Positions 50,957 to 63,280 of a stretch of 64,000 nt of DNA are shown here, in pieces. The position numbers were made by a program, and so were the translations under genes. Below the pieces are notes generated by a model that saw only the letters and a list, made by a program, of their open reading frames with translations, ran no database searches and was not told the origin of the DNA. The stretch is from Eledone cirrhosa. Lineage: Eukaryota. The first letter of the stretch is position 1. Every line of letters begins with the position of its first letter. The stretch covers positions 103,354,001 to 103,418,000 of the forward strand of contig OZ024742.1 in the NCBI GenBank assembly GCA_964016885.1. Direction: 5' to 3'.

Positions 50957-51548
50957 CTAGCAGAAAAACCACCCTTCAGGTGGTTTTCTGCTAGCATGTG
51001 TAGTGTGTATATTGATATTATACGCATGTAGATATGATGAAATAAAATTATAATTGACAATATACACAGAAATTGAACGCGAAGACTGTGTTACACTCTC
51101 TTATGTAATCAGTAACGTAATCCATGATACATTAAAAAAAGACAATATTATATATAAACTGCATTAGGAGAAAATTAGTTACAGAAATATATGAATATTT
51201 ATTTAAACGGTCACTAACCGGAAGTGTTGACATTTGAAAATTTTAAAGACGTGAATCTTTAAATAAGTAATAAAATATATTTAATGAACAGCCACGAAAT
51301 TTAGTAGATAAATTATGTAATATTCATTCATTATTTATTTGAGTTCAAATCCCGCCGAGGTTTACTTAGCCTTTCATCCTTACGAGGTCGATAAAATAAA
51401 GTACCAGTAATGCACTGGGTAATTGCTGGCCTTGTGCCTAAAGTAGAAACAATTATTTATTTAAAGTAATCCAACTTATTTTACTAAGGGGATAAAAAAA
51501 TTATAAACCATACGGAGTCCCGTGCTTCTTACTTTATTATAGTTTAGA
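50957..51548 (-). mobile_element. Complete non-autonomous Helitron (~590 bp including a nested SINE at 51340-51455)
   Basis: 5' A|TCTAAACTATAATAA, 3' hairpin plus CTAG|T; the nested SINE has an ATTATTTATTT duplication. Confidence 0.7.
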
Positions 51549-51675
51549 TTTCCTAGAAAAGTCTCCTGCAATACAAATGTTCGCTAAACCTACACGTGTG
51601 AGCTGTAACAACAACAACAAAATATGTTTAGTTAACTTGATAAATTTGAAATAAAAGTGATAGAAGTTATCTTAC

Positions 51676-51759
51676 CCGAAGTGATATTGAGCACTGTTTT
51701 TGACAATCAGCACTGTTTGGATTACCAATTCCTATCAATAGTTTTGGTACCACTTGTAA
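51676..51759 (-). CDS. ARMH1: ARMH1-like exon: LQVVPKLLIGIGNPNSADCQKQCSISLR
   Basis: Pyrimidine tract plus AG, GTAAGA donor, 84 nt, phase 0/0; resembles recalled [21 protein letters not shown]. Confidence 0.85.
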
Positions 51760-52940
51760 CTTACAAGTAAAAGAGAAGAATTACACAGATGTTTGGTCGA
51801 TAAAATTATAAATGTTCAAATGTAATAGTTAACAAAAATATTTTAATTAAAGAATAATTTTCTGTCTTTATTATTTCACATGTATAATATATTTTGATTG
51901 GTTGGTTGGTCATTAATGTTGTTTGACAGATAAAATTGTAATTTTATAAACAAAACAAAAATATTTTTGTTCAAACATTATATTTTCTATCTACATTATT
52001 ATTTCACGCATAGAGTTACGGCCCTTTCTATTCTGAGTTCAAATCCCGCCGAGGTCAACTTTGCCTTTCATCCTTACGGGGTCGATAAAATAAAGTATCA
52101 GTAATGTACTGGGTAATTGCTGGACTTTTGCCAAAAGTAAAAACAATTATTATTTCACACATAAGGGTTGTGGTTTAGCAGAATTGTTAAAGCATTGGAC
52201 AAAATACTTTGCAGCATTTAGTTACGGCCCTTTACACTGTGAGTTCAAATTCCACCAAAGTCAACCTTGTTTTTCATCCTTCCGGGTTTGATAAAATAAA
52301 TTACCAGTCACATACTGGGGATCACTGTAAGTTACTTTCCCCTTTCTCTCAAAATTACTGGTATTCTGCTCTGCCTGTTAGAAACAATTATTATTTCACA
52401 GGTAAAATATATTTTGATTCGTTCGTTGGATGGTGATTAATATCATTGTTTAGCCTCAGGTCAGGTCTAGTAGAGCAGATTAATGATAAAATCTATTCTA
52501 ACCATGTAAACATAACCTTTCTTTTCTTCTAGATATACAGGACTATACTATCTATTATATCCTTCCTTTTTCTTTAATGGCTATTATTTCTACCAGGTCC
52601 AGTGATCACTCTTTAGGTCATTGACTGATTGAGGTGGCTGGCACCTCTCACTTGCAAGGACTTCTTTTTATCCTGATATGAAAAACAAAAGAAAAAAAGA
52701 ATATCTATTAAAGTTCAAGTATCTCGGGTCTGTGTGCACAAGTGATGGAAATCGGGAGCCTGAATTAAGTGCAGCTTCAGCATTCGGTAATCAGAAGAAG
52801 GGAGGTAGGTATAAAAGCCAAACTTGCTATTTTCAATTCAGTATTCGTGCTAACCATTACCTATGGTCACAGTTTACTAATAAACAAGTTAGTTATTTTA
52901 TTAAGTTACTCCAAATTTTAAGTGCCATAGTTTGGCAAAA

Positions 52941-53090
52941 TAATTAGAGTGCTCTTTACAATCTATTATGTTAACTGCCAAATGGCAGAGTAATCAGAGT
53001 GCTCTTTACAATCTATTATGTTAACTGCCAAATGGCAGAGTAATCAGAGTGCTCTTTACAATCTATTATGTTAACTGCCAAACAGCAGTG
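52941..53090. repeat. Three tandem copies of a 50-bp unit
   Basis: TAATCAGAGTGCTCTTTACAATCTATTATGTTAACTGCCAAATGGCAGAG at 52941, 52991 and 53041. Confidence 0.92.
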
Positions 53091-53542
53091 ATTAGTGGAA
53101 TCGTTAGAATGCAAGACAAAATGCTTTGTAGCATTTAGTTTTGGGCCTTTACATTCCAAGTTCAAATCTCACTGAGATCAACTTTGCCTTTCATCTTTCT
53201 GGAGGTTGATAAAATAAAGTACCAATAAAGTGCTGAGGTTAATTTAATCTACTTTCCCCTTTAGCATTTACATTACTCTATATTTACCATTATATTTTCA
53301 CGGTAAAGGCTTTCTCACATAATATCAAATCTATAAGATTTTTATATTATTTATTTTGAGAGCAATACCTTAACATAAGGATGAGCAGCCAGTTACAGCT
53401 GGTTTGAACAGAAAGAGGTGAGATAATTCTGGCCGGTTTAGTTGTGGTGTTGTTGGTGCTGCTAATGATGGTGATAATAGCAACAATGATGATGATGATA
53501 ACAACGATGATAATGATGATGATATAGATTCTAAATACTTAC

Positions 53543-53591
53543 GTCTAACAAATATTTTGCAATATCTAGCCCCTCTGTTTGCACCAGAAGT
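53543..53591 (-). CDS. ARMH1: ARMH1-like exon: (G)LLVQTEGLDIAKYLLD
   Basis: tacag acceptor, GTAAGT donor, 49 nt, phase 2 to 0. Confidence 0.82.
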
Positions 53592-53676
53592 CTGTAATGA
53601 AAAAGTGAAGTGGATGCGTGAATATGTGAATATAATTGGAATGGTTATACACAAGCTGCATGTATACACACACACA

Positions 53677-53738
<62 letters not shown>

Positions 53739-53739
53739 A

Positions 53740-54277
53740 AGTCACTCTTCAGCGCTACTGGTAACATGTAACCCAGTACAACTTGTGCATGGTTGGGTCA
53801 TCGGTGACTAAACTGGCAACCCCACCAAGCTTGCTTAGTGAGGAGAGTGATTTTGGACACCCTGTGGGATGAAAGACAAAACCTGTCAAAGGGCAGAGGA
53901 ACTCAAGAGAGTCAACGGCCATCCCCCAATTTTTTTTTTTTTTGTGGAGTGAGAGACTCCTAGTCTTCATTAAGGCATCTCACCAGGAGAAGGTCACTCT
54001 GATATAAAATATGTGACTTCATTTGCATCCAACGATGTAGACCAGTTCTTCTTTTTGGGTAAATGCCTCCGATGTTCAGAGAGTGGGATTGGCTCCGTGC
54101 AAATCCTTTCCTCACTTAAAAAAGCTTTAAGTACAGGCATCCCTTGATATGTGACATTTTTGGGATGCATGGTATTGCCGGGCATAGGCAAGTCCCTTGC
54201 AGGACTAAAAGCTCGCATCCATGATACTCATGCTTAAGTATCAAGCGATGGCATTACTCGAATTTGAGTTGCAGCGA
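53740..54277 (+). mobile_element. RTE-like 5' UTR-derived element
   Basis: Motif AGGCATCTCACCAGGAGAAGGTCACTCTGA resembles recalled RTE 5' UTRs; starts at (TA)n with an HDV-like pairing pattern. Confidence 0.45.
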
Positions 54278-54658
54278 TCATCATCATCATCATCATCATC
54301 ATCGTTTAACGTCCATCTTCCACGCTAGCATGGGTTTGGACGGGAATATTCCTACATGAGGCAAGATTGGTTGTCTTGCTCGTATAGGACTGTCTGGCGG
54401 GTTTTCTACGACTGGATGCCCTTCCTAACACCAACCACGTTTACCGTGAGTACTGGGAGGTTTTTAACGTGTTACCTACACGGCCACATTACAGCGTGGA
54501 CTGTGTGTTTTTTTGTCGTGACACCTACACAACCTCATTTATTTCGGACTGGATGTTGTGGCACCAACATAACTTTACAGAGAAAGAGGTGGTGTGGATG
54601 GGGTGGGGATAGTGGGACGGGGGTGTATTTTTGTTAAGAGGTGCCTACTGACTGTAGG
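54278..54658 (-). mobile_element. RTE 3' UTR copy with (GAT)n tail
   Basis: Highly similar to 46098-46470. Confidence 0.8.
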
Positions 54659-54699
<41 letters not shown>

Positions 54700-54725
54700 T
54701 CACACACACATATATATATATATAT

Positions 54726-55211
54726 ATAAATGTAATCTGAGTTTTTCGAATATTAATAATAACATTCGATTCGTTTGCAATTATGCAAACAAGCCTCATT
54801 TTTAAAGCCATGTCAGTAGAATGAACCCTTCATTCTTGCTCTTTATCGCTCGTATACAGGAAACTGACTGGCCAATCTGCTGATGTGCAAATCTGGTTGA
54901 TCAGTGGGTCTGCTAATATGCAGATCTGACTGATCAGCCAGTCTGCTAATATGCAAATCAGGCCGATCAGTCACTGTATATTTTAGAAAATAGCATATAT
55001 TTTCACTAGCTCTGACAGTTGGCAGGTGAAGAGTGAGCTGTATTGATGATGGGTGATACCCAGAAACATTAGGTTCTGTTTACATGCCAACACAAGAGCA
55101 AGAATGAAGGGTTCATTCTACTAATATGGCTTTAAAAATGAGGCTTGTTTGCATAATTGCAAACAAATCGAATGTTATTATTAATATTCGAAAAACTCAG
55201 ACTACATTTAT
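54726..55211. mobile_element. Long-TIR MITE / fold-back element (118-bp TIRs, internal ~33-bp tandem repeats)
   Basis: 54726-54843 mirrors 55094-55211. Confidence 0.85.
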
Positions 55212-55253
55212 TGTATTCAGCCATGTAGAGCGAAACATTTTTTTTTTTTAATT

Positions 55254-55294
<41 letters not shown>

Positions 55295-55296
55295 AA

Positions 55297-55781
55297 CTAT
55301 TTACAAAAACAAACAATAATAACGATTTTTAATTTAGGCATTGGGCCAACAATTTGTTAGGATGGGGGAAGTTGATTACACCGACTCCAGTATGTGATGG
55401 GTAATTTATTTTATCAACCTTGGAAGAATGAAAGTCAAAGTTGATCTCAGTGAGATTTGAACTCACAATGCTGTAACTAGATGCTGCATTTTGCTTGATG
55501 CTCTAGCAATTCTACCAATCCACCACCCTCAAGTAAACAATAATAACAATACAAACAATAACACAACTGACTACTTAAACAAGATAACAATTCAAATCAA
55601 TGAGAGATGATTTAGGTGGTTGTTTGACCTGCTAGAAATAACAGCCAAATCTCTTTCATAATCCCACTTTTATTTGTTAAGCCAATAAAAGAGCCCCTAC
55701 ATTGTTATTTGACATGCCAGAAATATAAATCAAATGTTTTAAAATAAACATACAGTATATTATAAAATATACTATCTGTAA

Positions 55782-55813
<32 letters not shown>

Positions 55814-56604
55814 ATGTTCAGAAGGTTCAGTATATCCAAAGAAAACTGGTGAGAGTACCAAAGTCACCACTCGATGCAGAGTGTATATAATAAGGACAAA
55901 GTGAAAGTATTACATATGAGATTCATTGTTCAATCCTGGTTACAAATGTTTCACAAACAGCTTGCTTGTGATCCAGGTGAAAAGTATAAAAAAGCACCTC
56001 GACTGTCACATTACAAATTAAAGTTTTTATTTTAATACTAAATTTTTAATACTAAAATGTGTCAACTAGGAAAGATACTATTCTATAAATATTTGAATAG
56101 ACGAACACATTTTAAAATATTTCTGCTAAATCAGAATTAAGAAAGAGATTTGATTTATATTTCTGGCATGTCAAATAACTATGTAGGGGCTCTTTTATTG
56201 GCTTAACAAAGAAAAGTGAGATTATGAAAGAGATTTGGCTGTTATTTCTAGCAGGTCAAACAACCACCTAAATCATCTCTCATTGATTTGAATTGTGTTA
56301 TCTTGTTTAAGTAGTCAGTTGTGTTATTGTTTGTATTGTTATTATTGTTTACTTGAGGGTGGTGGATTGGTAGAATTGCTAGAGCATCAAGCAAAATGCA
56401 GCATCTAGTTACAGCATCTAGTTACCTTTACATTCTGAGTTCAAATCTCACTGAGATCAATTTTGACTTTCATTCTTCCAAGGTTGATAAAATAAATTAC
56501 CCATCACATACTGGAGTCGGTGTAATCAACTTCCCCCATCCTAACAAATTGTTGGCCCGATGCCTAAATTAAAAATCGTTATTATTGTTTGTTTTTGTAA
56601 ATAG
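55297..56604. repeat. Inverted duplication, ~440-bp arms (55297-55735 / 56148-56604)
   Basis: Near-identical reverse complements that include an old diverged SINE and its flanks. Confidence 0.92.
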
Positions 56605-56664
56605 GTGTTGCTGTTAAATAAGGTCCCATAAGAAAATTTTTAGATGAAGCAATGAAATTCTTAC

Positions 56665-56743
56665 CCTATTGTTTTGGCAGCAGCTGCCTGTTGAACGTAG
56701 AAATGGGATGGCACTATCACTGACAGGCTTGATTTCACTGGAT
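56665..56743 (-). CDS. ARMH1: ARMH1-like exon: (D)PVKSSLSVIVPSHFYVQQAAAAKTI(G)
   Basis: ttgtag acceptor, GTAAGA donor, 79 nt, phase 1 to 2; QQAAAAK.IG matches the recalled ARMH1 motif FLQQAAAAKAIG. Confidence 0.88.
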
Positions 56744-57629
56744 CTACAAAGAAACATTTTTGTTGTCTGGAGTCAACATTATCTTTCAATGAACTGTTAG
56801 AGTCAATAAAGCACCCCACAATATGCTATGCAATATTTAACTATAGTACTCTATGTTCTGAAATCAAAACCTGTTGAGGTCAATTTTCACTTTCCTCCTT
56901 CTGGAGTTGATAAAATAAAGTGCCAGTCAAATACTGAAGTCCATACAATGTTTGATTAAATTGGCTATAGTCAATATCCACTGTGAAAGCTCATGGTTTA
57001 GTGGTTAGGGTGTTTGGCTTACAATTGTAAGGTCATGAGTACAATTATTGGCAGTGCATTGCATCTTTGAGTGAGACAGTTTATTTCATGTTGCTCCAGT
57101 ACACTCAGATAGCAAAAATAAGCTGTACCTGTGATTCCAAGGGCCAATCTTGTTACATTTTGTGTCATGCTGAATTTCCTTGAGAATTGCATTAAAGTAC
57201 ATGTGTTTGTGGAATGCTCAGTTTACTTGCACGTTCATTTCACAACCAGGTTGCTCTCTTGATTAAACAACTGGAACACATTACCATAGTTTGACAGAAG
57301 TCTAACATGCACAATATCCATCACTATACAAATTAATTGTGCTTAGTTAGAAGAAAGCAAAGAAAAGAAACAAATGCAATGTGATTCTATTATGTTAACT
57401 ACTAAATGGCAGTGGGTTAGGGGAATCATTAGAACATAAGACAAAATGTTTTGTAGCATTTAGTTATGGACCTTTACATTCCAAGTTCAAGTTCCGCTGA
57501 GGTCAGCTTTACCTTTCATCCTTCCTGGGCTGATAAAATAAAGTACTAGTAAAGTACTGGGGTAAATTTAATTGACTTTGCCCTCACTACAAAATTACTG
57601 GCCTTGTGCCTATGTAACAGTCAACTCAC

Positions 57630-57746
57630 CTATAACAGTTTCTGGTATTGCCAAAGACTTAATTTCTGGATTCAAAAGATTCACAAGACCTTCTAGAATT
57701 TGATTAGTGACATCAGACCCCATTAGCTCTTTAATAAAATATGTAA
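57630..57746 (-). CDS. ARMH1: ARMH1-like exon: TYFIKELMGSDVTNQILEGLVNLLNPEIKSLAIPETVI
   Basis: T-rich tract plus AG acceptor, GTGAGT donor, 117 nt, phase 1/1; resembles recalled [26 protein letters not shown]. Confidence 0.88.
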
Positions 57747-59769
57747 CTAAAAAAGAAACAGGAGACAAGAAACATAATTATATTAACTAAACAGAATAGT
57801 TTGAAGCAAAACAAATCGTCATATTTGCTATTGTCTATATGTATGGACATGTAACTCCTGATGGAGTTGTTGTAACATATATATTGGGTTCTTTAAACCT
57901 GGTGGAACCCATCGCCTCTCCGTGTCTGAATACAGCCTATTTCTTCTGAAGTAAAAGAGAATGAGGGCTAGAGGAAGAACGAACCCCAGTACTTGACTGG
58001 TATTTTATTTTATTGAACTCGAAACGATGAAAAGCATACTTGATTTTGGCTGAATTTAAACTCAGAGAGTGCAAAGAGCCAAAACAAAAACTGCAAGGCA
58101 TTCTACCTGATGGCAGAGTTGGAAGAATGTTGGACAAATGCATAGTAGTATATGTTTTTGCTTTTTGCTGAGTAAAAATCCTACTGGGGTCAACTTTGCC
58201 TTTCATCATTCTGGGGTTGATAAAATAAAGTACCATTAAAGTACTGGTACTGATATAATTGACGTTCCTTTTCCTCCTAATTTCTGACTCTGTGGGATGT
58301 GTACTCACATCTACTGTATCTCGTATAGCTGTTCACTTTTTTCATAGTCAGAAATGTGTGTTGAAGCCATTAACTCTAAGTTAACTTAATATTCAAAATT
58401 CATTTGTTTACATTTTACCTGGAAAGGTTTATAATTTAAAACTATAGTTTTACCTACATTACATTTATCTCAAGATTTTCTAGTATATGAAGTGTTGTGC
58501 ATAAATATTGATTAATTAATTAATCATATCACTAACAAATACATAATGTGCAAATTAGACTAACCATTTCATTTAAGATCTGGTTTATGTTTGATATAAC
58601 AATTTGCTATTTATATCAAAGGCACTTCTCTTCTGATGAACAGCAAATATGCAATGAAATATGTAAAGGTAATCTCTATATTTTTCCATGTATGAAGAGA
58701 ACAAAATAAATTTATATTTGGTCATATTTTTCACATTAAATATATTTTAGACTTTCTAATATATACTGTAAGGCAGCTAATTAGCTAAGTCATTAAAATG
58801 TCAGATATAATGCTTTGAGATATTTATTCTGGCTCTTTTTGCTCTCTGAGTTCAAATCTTGCACAGGTCAACATTGTTTTTCAGCCTTTCAAGATTGATA
58901 GAAAAAATACCAGTCTGATACGAGAGGCAATTCTTTATCTATATTTTTTTCTCACTTCCTCTCTCTCTCTCTCTCTCATTGTCTCTCTTTCTCTGAAAGA
59001 AATTGACTATGTTCAGACCTGGAGAAGGATGAGCTCCATCAGGTTTAATGTGCCCAAGAAATTATATTATGTCACTACAGTGTACCTACAACACCCTCAG
59101 GGTTTATAGGTCCATACATACAGTTCCCGTCCCACCCTTTAATGGAGGCACATGGCTTAGTGGTTAGAGCATTTGCCTTGCAATCAAAAGATTGTGAGTT
59201 CAATCCTCAGACCGGGTGATGTGTTGTTTCCTTGAGCAAGACACTTTATTTCACATTGCTCCAGTTTACTCAGCTGTATAAATGAGATGATAGGGACTGG
59301 GGTCCATATCATTCCACTACAAAGTGGTCGTGGAGGTGCCACGGCAAAAAGCACCCAGCACTCACTGTAAATGAGGTTGGTGTTAGGAAGGTCATCCAGC
59401 TGTAGAAATCAAGCCAGTACCAGTTCCTGTCCCACCCTTGCAAGCAAGGAAAAACCGGACGTAAAATGCAATGATGATACAATATATACTGTGTTGTGCA
59501 TAAATATTTATTATGGAGTAATACTAGGATTTTTTTAATATTATTATTATGTTGTTTCTTTTTTTGATGTTTTAGTAATGTTTATATTTTTAAACACTGC
59601 ATATTTAGCACAATATAATCTAATGCTTCTTTCATTTACTTAAGATGGTATGGTGAAGATTTGATTTGAGGGAGATTTGGCTGCTATATCTAACAGACTA
59701 AGCAAGCACATAAAAAGCTCAGTCATTGTTGAATGAGACCTAACTTGAGATTTCTTAATGTGCTAACAA

Positions 59770-60202
59770 ATAATGATTTCTAATTTAGGCACAAAGCCAG
59801 AAAATTGAGGGAAGGGGAAAGTTGGTTATATCGACACCAGTAATTTACTGATAGTTTATTTATAGACCCCAGAAGGATAAAAAGTAAAGTTGACCTTGGT
59901 GAGATTTGAGCTAAGAACATAAAGGAACATAAAGGACCATAACTAAATACTGCAAAGCATTTTATCTGACTCTCTAACCATTCTGCCAATCCACAGCCAT
60001 CTGTGATAACAAATAATTGTTTCTACTTTAGGCACAAGGCCAGCAAATACCCAGTACATTACTGGTACTTTATTTTATCGACCCCGTAAGGATGAAAGGC
60101 AAAGTTAACCTCGGCGGGATTTGAACTCAAACTGTAAAGGGACGTAACTATGCTAGAAAGCATGGCGTCCAACCCTCTACCGATACTGCCAATTCACCGC
60201 CC
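59770..60202 (-). mobile_element. Two tandem SINEs (older copy 59770-59998, young full-length copy 60016-60202)
   Basis: Same consensus. Confidence 0.85.
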
Positions 60203-60215
60203 TAATGTAAACTAG

Positions 60216-62375
60216 ACTGAACCAATAGTATTGTTGTTGTAATACCACTGACCAATGGTATTGTTGTTGTAATACCACTGACCAATAGTATTGTTGTTGT
60301 AATACCACTGACCAATAGTATTGTTGTTGTAATACCACTGACCAATGGTATTGTTGTAATACCACTGACCAATGGTATTGTTGTTGTAATACCACTGACC
60401 AATAGTATTGTTGTTGTAATACCACTGACCAATGGTATTGTTGTTGTAATACCACTGACCAATGGTATTGTTGTTGTAATACCACTGACCAATGGTATTG
60501 TTGTTGTATTACCACTGACCAATGGTATTGTTGTTGTAATACCACTGACCAATGGTATTGTTGTAATACCACTGACCAATGGTATTGTTGTTGTAATACC
60601 ACTGACCAATGGTATTGTTGTATTACCACTGACCAATGGTATTGTTGTTGTAATACCACTGACCAATGGTGTTGTTGTTGTAATACCACTGACCAATGGT
60701 GTTATAATACCACTGACCAATGGTATTGTTGTTGTAATACCACTGACCAATGGTATTGTTGTTGTAATACCACTGACCAATGGTATTGTTGTTGTAATAC
60801 CACTGACCAATGGTATTGTTGTTGTATTACCACTGACCAATGGTATTGTTGTTGTAATACCACTGACCAATGGTATTGTTGTTGTATTACCACTGACCAA
60901 TGGTATTGTTGTTGTAATACCACTGACCAATGGTATTGTTGTTGTAATACCACTGACCAATGGTATTGTTGTTGTAATACCACTGACCAATGGTATTGTT
61001 GTTGTAATACCACTGACCAATGGTGTTATAATACCACTGATCAATGGTATTGTTGTTGTAATACCACTGACCAATGGTATTGTTGTAATACCACTGACCA
61101 ATGGTATTGTTGTTGTAATACCACTGACCAATGGTATTGTTGTTGTATTACCACTGACCAATGGTATTGTTGTTGTATTACCACTGACCAATGGTATTGT
61201 TGTTGTATTACCACTGACCAATGGTATTGTTGTTGTAATACCACTGACCAATGGTATTGTTGTATTACCACTGACCAATGGTATTGTTGTTGTAATACCA
61301 CTGACCAATGGTATTGTTGTTGTATTACCACTGACCAATGGTATTGTTGTTGTAATACCACTGACCAATGGTATTGTTGTTGTAATACCACTGACCAATG
61401 GTATTGTTGTTGTAATACCACTGACCAATGGTATTGTTGTTGTAATACCACTGACCAATGGTATTGCTGTTGTAATACCACTGACCAATGGTATTGCTGT
61501 TGTAATACCACTGACCAATGGTATTGCTGTTGTAATACCACTGACCAATGGTATTGTTGTATTACCACTGACCAATGGTATTGTTGTTGTATTACCACTG
61601 ACCAATGGTATTGTTGTTGTATTACCACTGACCAATGGTATTGTTGTTGTAATACCACTGACCAATGGTATTGTTGTTGTAATACCAACAACCAATGGTA
61701 TTGTTGTTGTAATACCAACAACCAATGGTATTGTTGTTGTATTACCACTGACCAATGGTATTGCTGTTGTAATACCACTGACCAATGGTATTGCTGTTGT
61801 AATACCACTGACCAATGGTATTGTTGTATTACCACTGACCAATGGTATTGTTGTTGTATTACCACTGACCAATGGTATTGTTGTTGTATTACCACTGACC
61901 AATGGTATTGTTGTTGTAATACCACTGACCAATGGTATTGTTGTTGTAATACCACTGACCAATGGTATTGTTGTTGTAATACTACTGACCAATGGTATTG
62001 TTGTTGTAATACCACTGACCAATGGTATTGTTGTTGTATTGTCAACAACCAATGGTATTGTTGTTGTAATACCACTGACCAATGGTATTGTTGTTGTAAT
62101 ACCAACAACCAATGGTATTGTTGTTGTATTACCAACAACCAATGGTATTGTTGTTGTAATACTACTGACCAATGGTATTGTTGTTGTAATACCACTGACC
62201 AATGGTATTGTTGTTGTATTGTCAACAACCAATGGTATTGTTGTTGTAATACCACTGACCAATGGTATTGTTGTTGTAATACCAACAACCAATGGTATTG
62301 TTGTTGTATTACCAACAACCAATGGTATTGTTGTTGTATTACCAACAACCAATGGTATTGTTGTTGTAATACCAC
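60216..62375. repeat. 30-bp tandem satellite (GTAATACCACTGACCAATGGTATTGTTGTT), ~72 units
   Basis: Direct reading; 27- and 24-bp variants; 180-bp higher-order duplication at 61981-62340. Confidence 0.97.
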
Positions 62376-62717
62376 ATGGGTGAAGTAGCTCCATCCTTAT
62401 GGGACAATCTATAGTTATTTCCATTAACCCCTTCATAACCTCTGTTTATGGTTTTTAAATGATCAAGAATTTAGTGTGATTTTATAGTACAACAAACTTT
62501 CTCATTATTAAGCTGGATTGGTGGAATTGTTAGTGGGTCAGACTAATTGCTTTTCAGTATTTAGTTGTGACCCTTTATGTTTTAAGTTCATATTTTGCCA
62601 AGGTCAACTTTGCCTTTCATCCTTCTGGAATTGATAAAATAAAGTACCAGTCAAGTAAATGGATTAATTTAATTGACGTTTCCTTCCCCACAAATTGCTG
62701 GCCTTGTGCCTAAATTC

Positions 62718-63040
62718 TTCTTCTATACATCCATTACCGGTGTCATGACGAAGTTCTTCCTCCAGCTCACCCTGTCTAACATTGTCATCTGAATTTCCCC
62801 TGCCTCCAGCCTGGTGTCATCTTTGAGAACATCCTTCAGCATGGTGGTTGGTCTCTCAACTTGTCTGCACACATCAGGTTTCCAGGAAAAAACTCTACCA
62901 GCAGATTCATTGTAACATTTCCCATGTCTGGCTAATGCAAGCCTTCTATGCCTTATGAAGTCAGAAAGGCGAAGGTGTGAGCCATAGAGCAATTTCTTTG
63001 CTAAGTATGTTCTCCAGGATATGTTCTGGTGAATGTGCCA
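62718..63040 (-). mobile_element. RTE-clade LINE 3' fragment
   Basis: LYGSHLRLSDFIRHRRLALARH..WKP..LKDDTRL..MLDRVSWR. Confidence 0.8.
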
Positions 63041-63072
63041 TTAATCCTCTTAATCCATTTATTATAACTCAA

Positions 63073-63280
63073 CCCTTTAGCATTTACATTACTCTATATA
63101 TACTATTATATTTTTATGGTAAAGGCTTTGTCTCACATAATATCGAATCGATGAGATTCTGATGTTATTTATTTTGAGAAGAATACCTTAATGTAAGTAT
63201 GAGTGGCCAGTTACAGCTGGTTTGAACAGAAAGAGGTGAGAGAATTCTGGCTGGATATGGCTGGTTTAAATGCTAAAGGG
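63073..63280. mobile_element. piggyBac-like MITE (partial second copy at ~53257-53440)
   Basis: TIRs CCCTTTAGCATTTA / TAAATGCTAAAGGG flanked by TCAA and TTAA. Confidence 0.8.

Noticed and set aside
58293-58420. Possible upstream ARMH1 exon (GTGAGT donor, LYEIQ motif)
   Set aside because: The similar-looking frame has an in-frame TAG and the wrong phase; the phase-compatible frame shows no similarity.
60216-62375. CRISPR-like array (30-bp palindromic repeat)
   Set aside because: No unique spacers, no cas genes, eukaryotic context; it is a head-to-tail satellite.
60177-62436. 744-aa and 444-aa ORFs as genes
   Set aside because: The repeat unit lacks stops in most frames, so long ORFs are expected by chance; no signal peptide or non-repeat domain.
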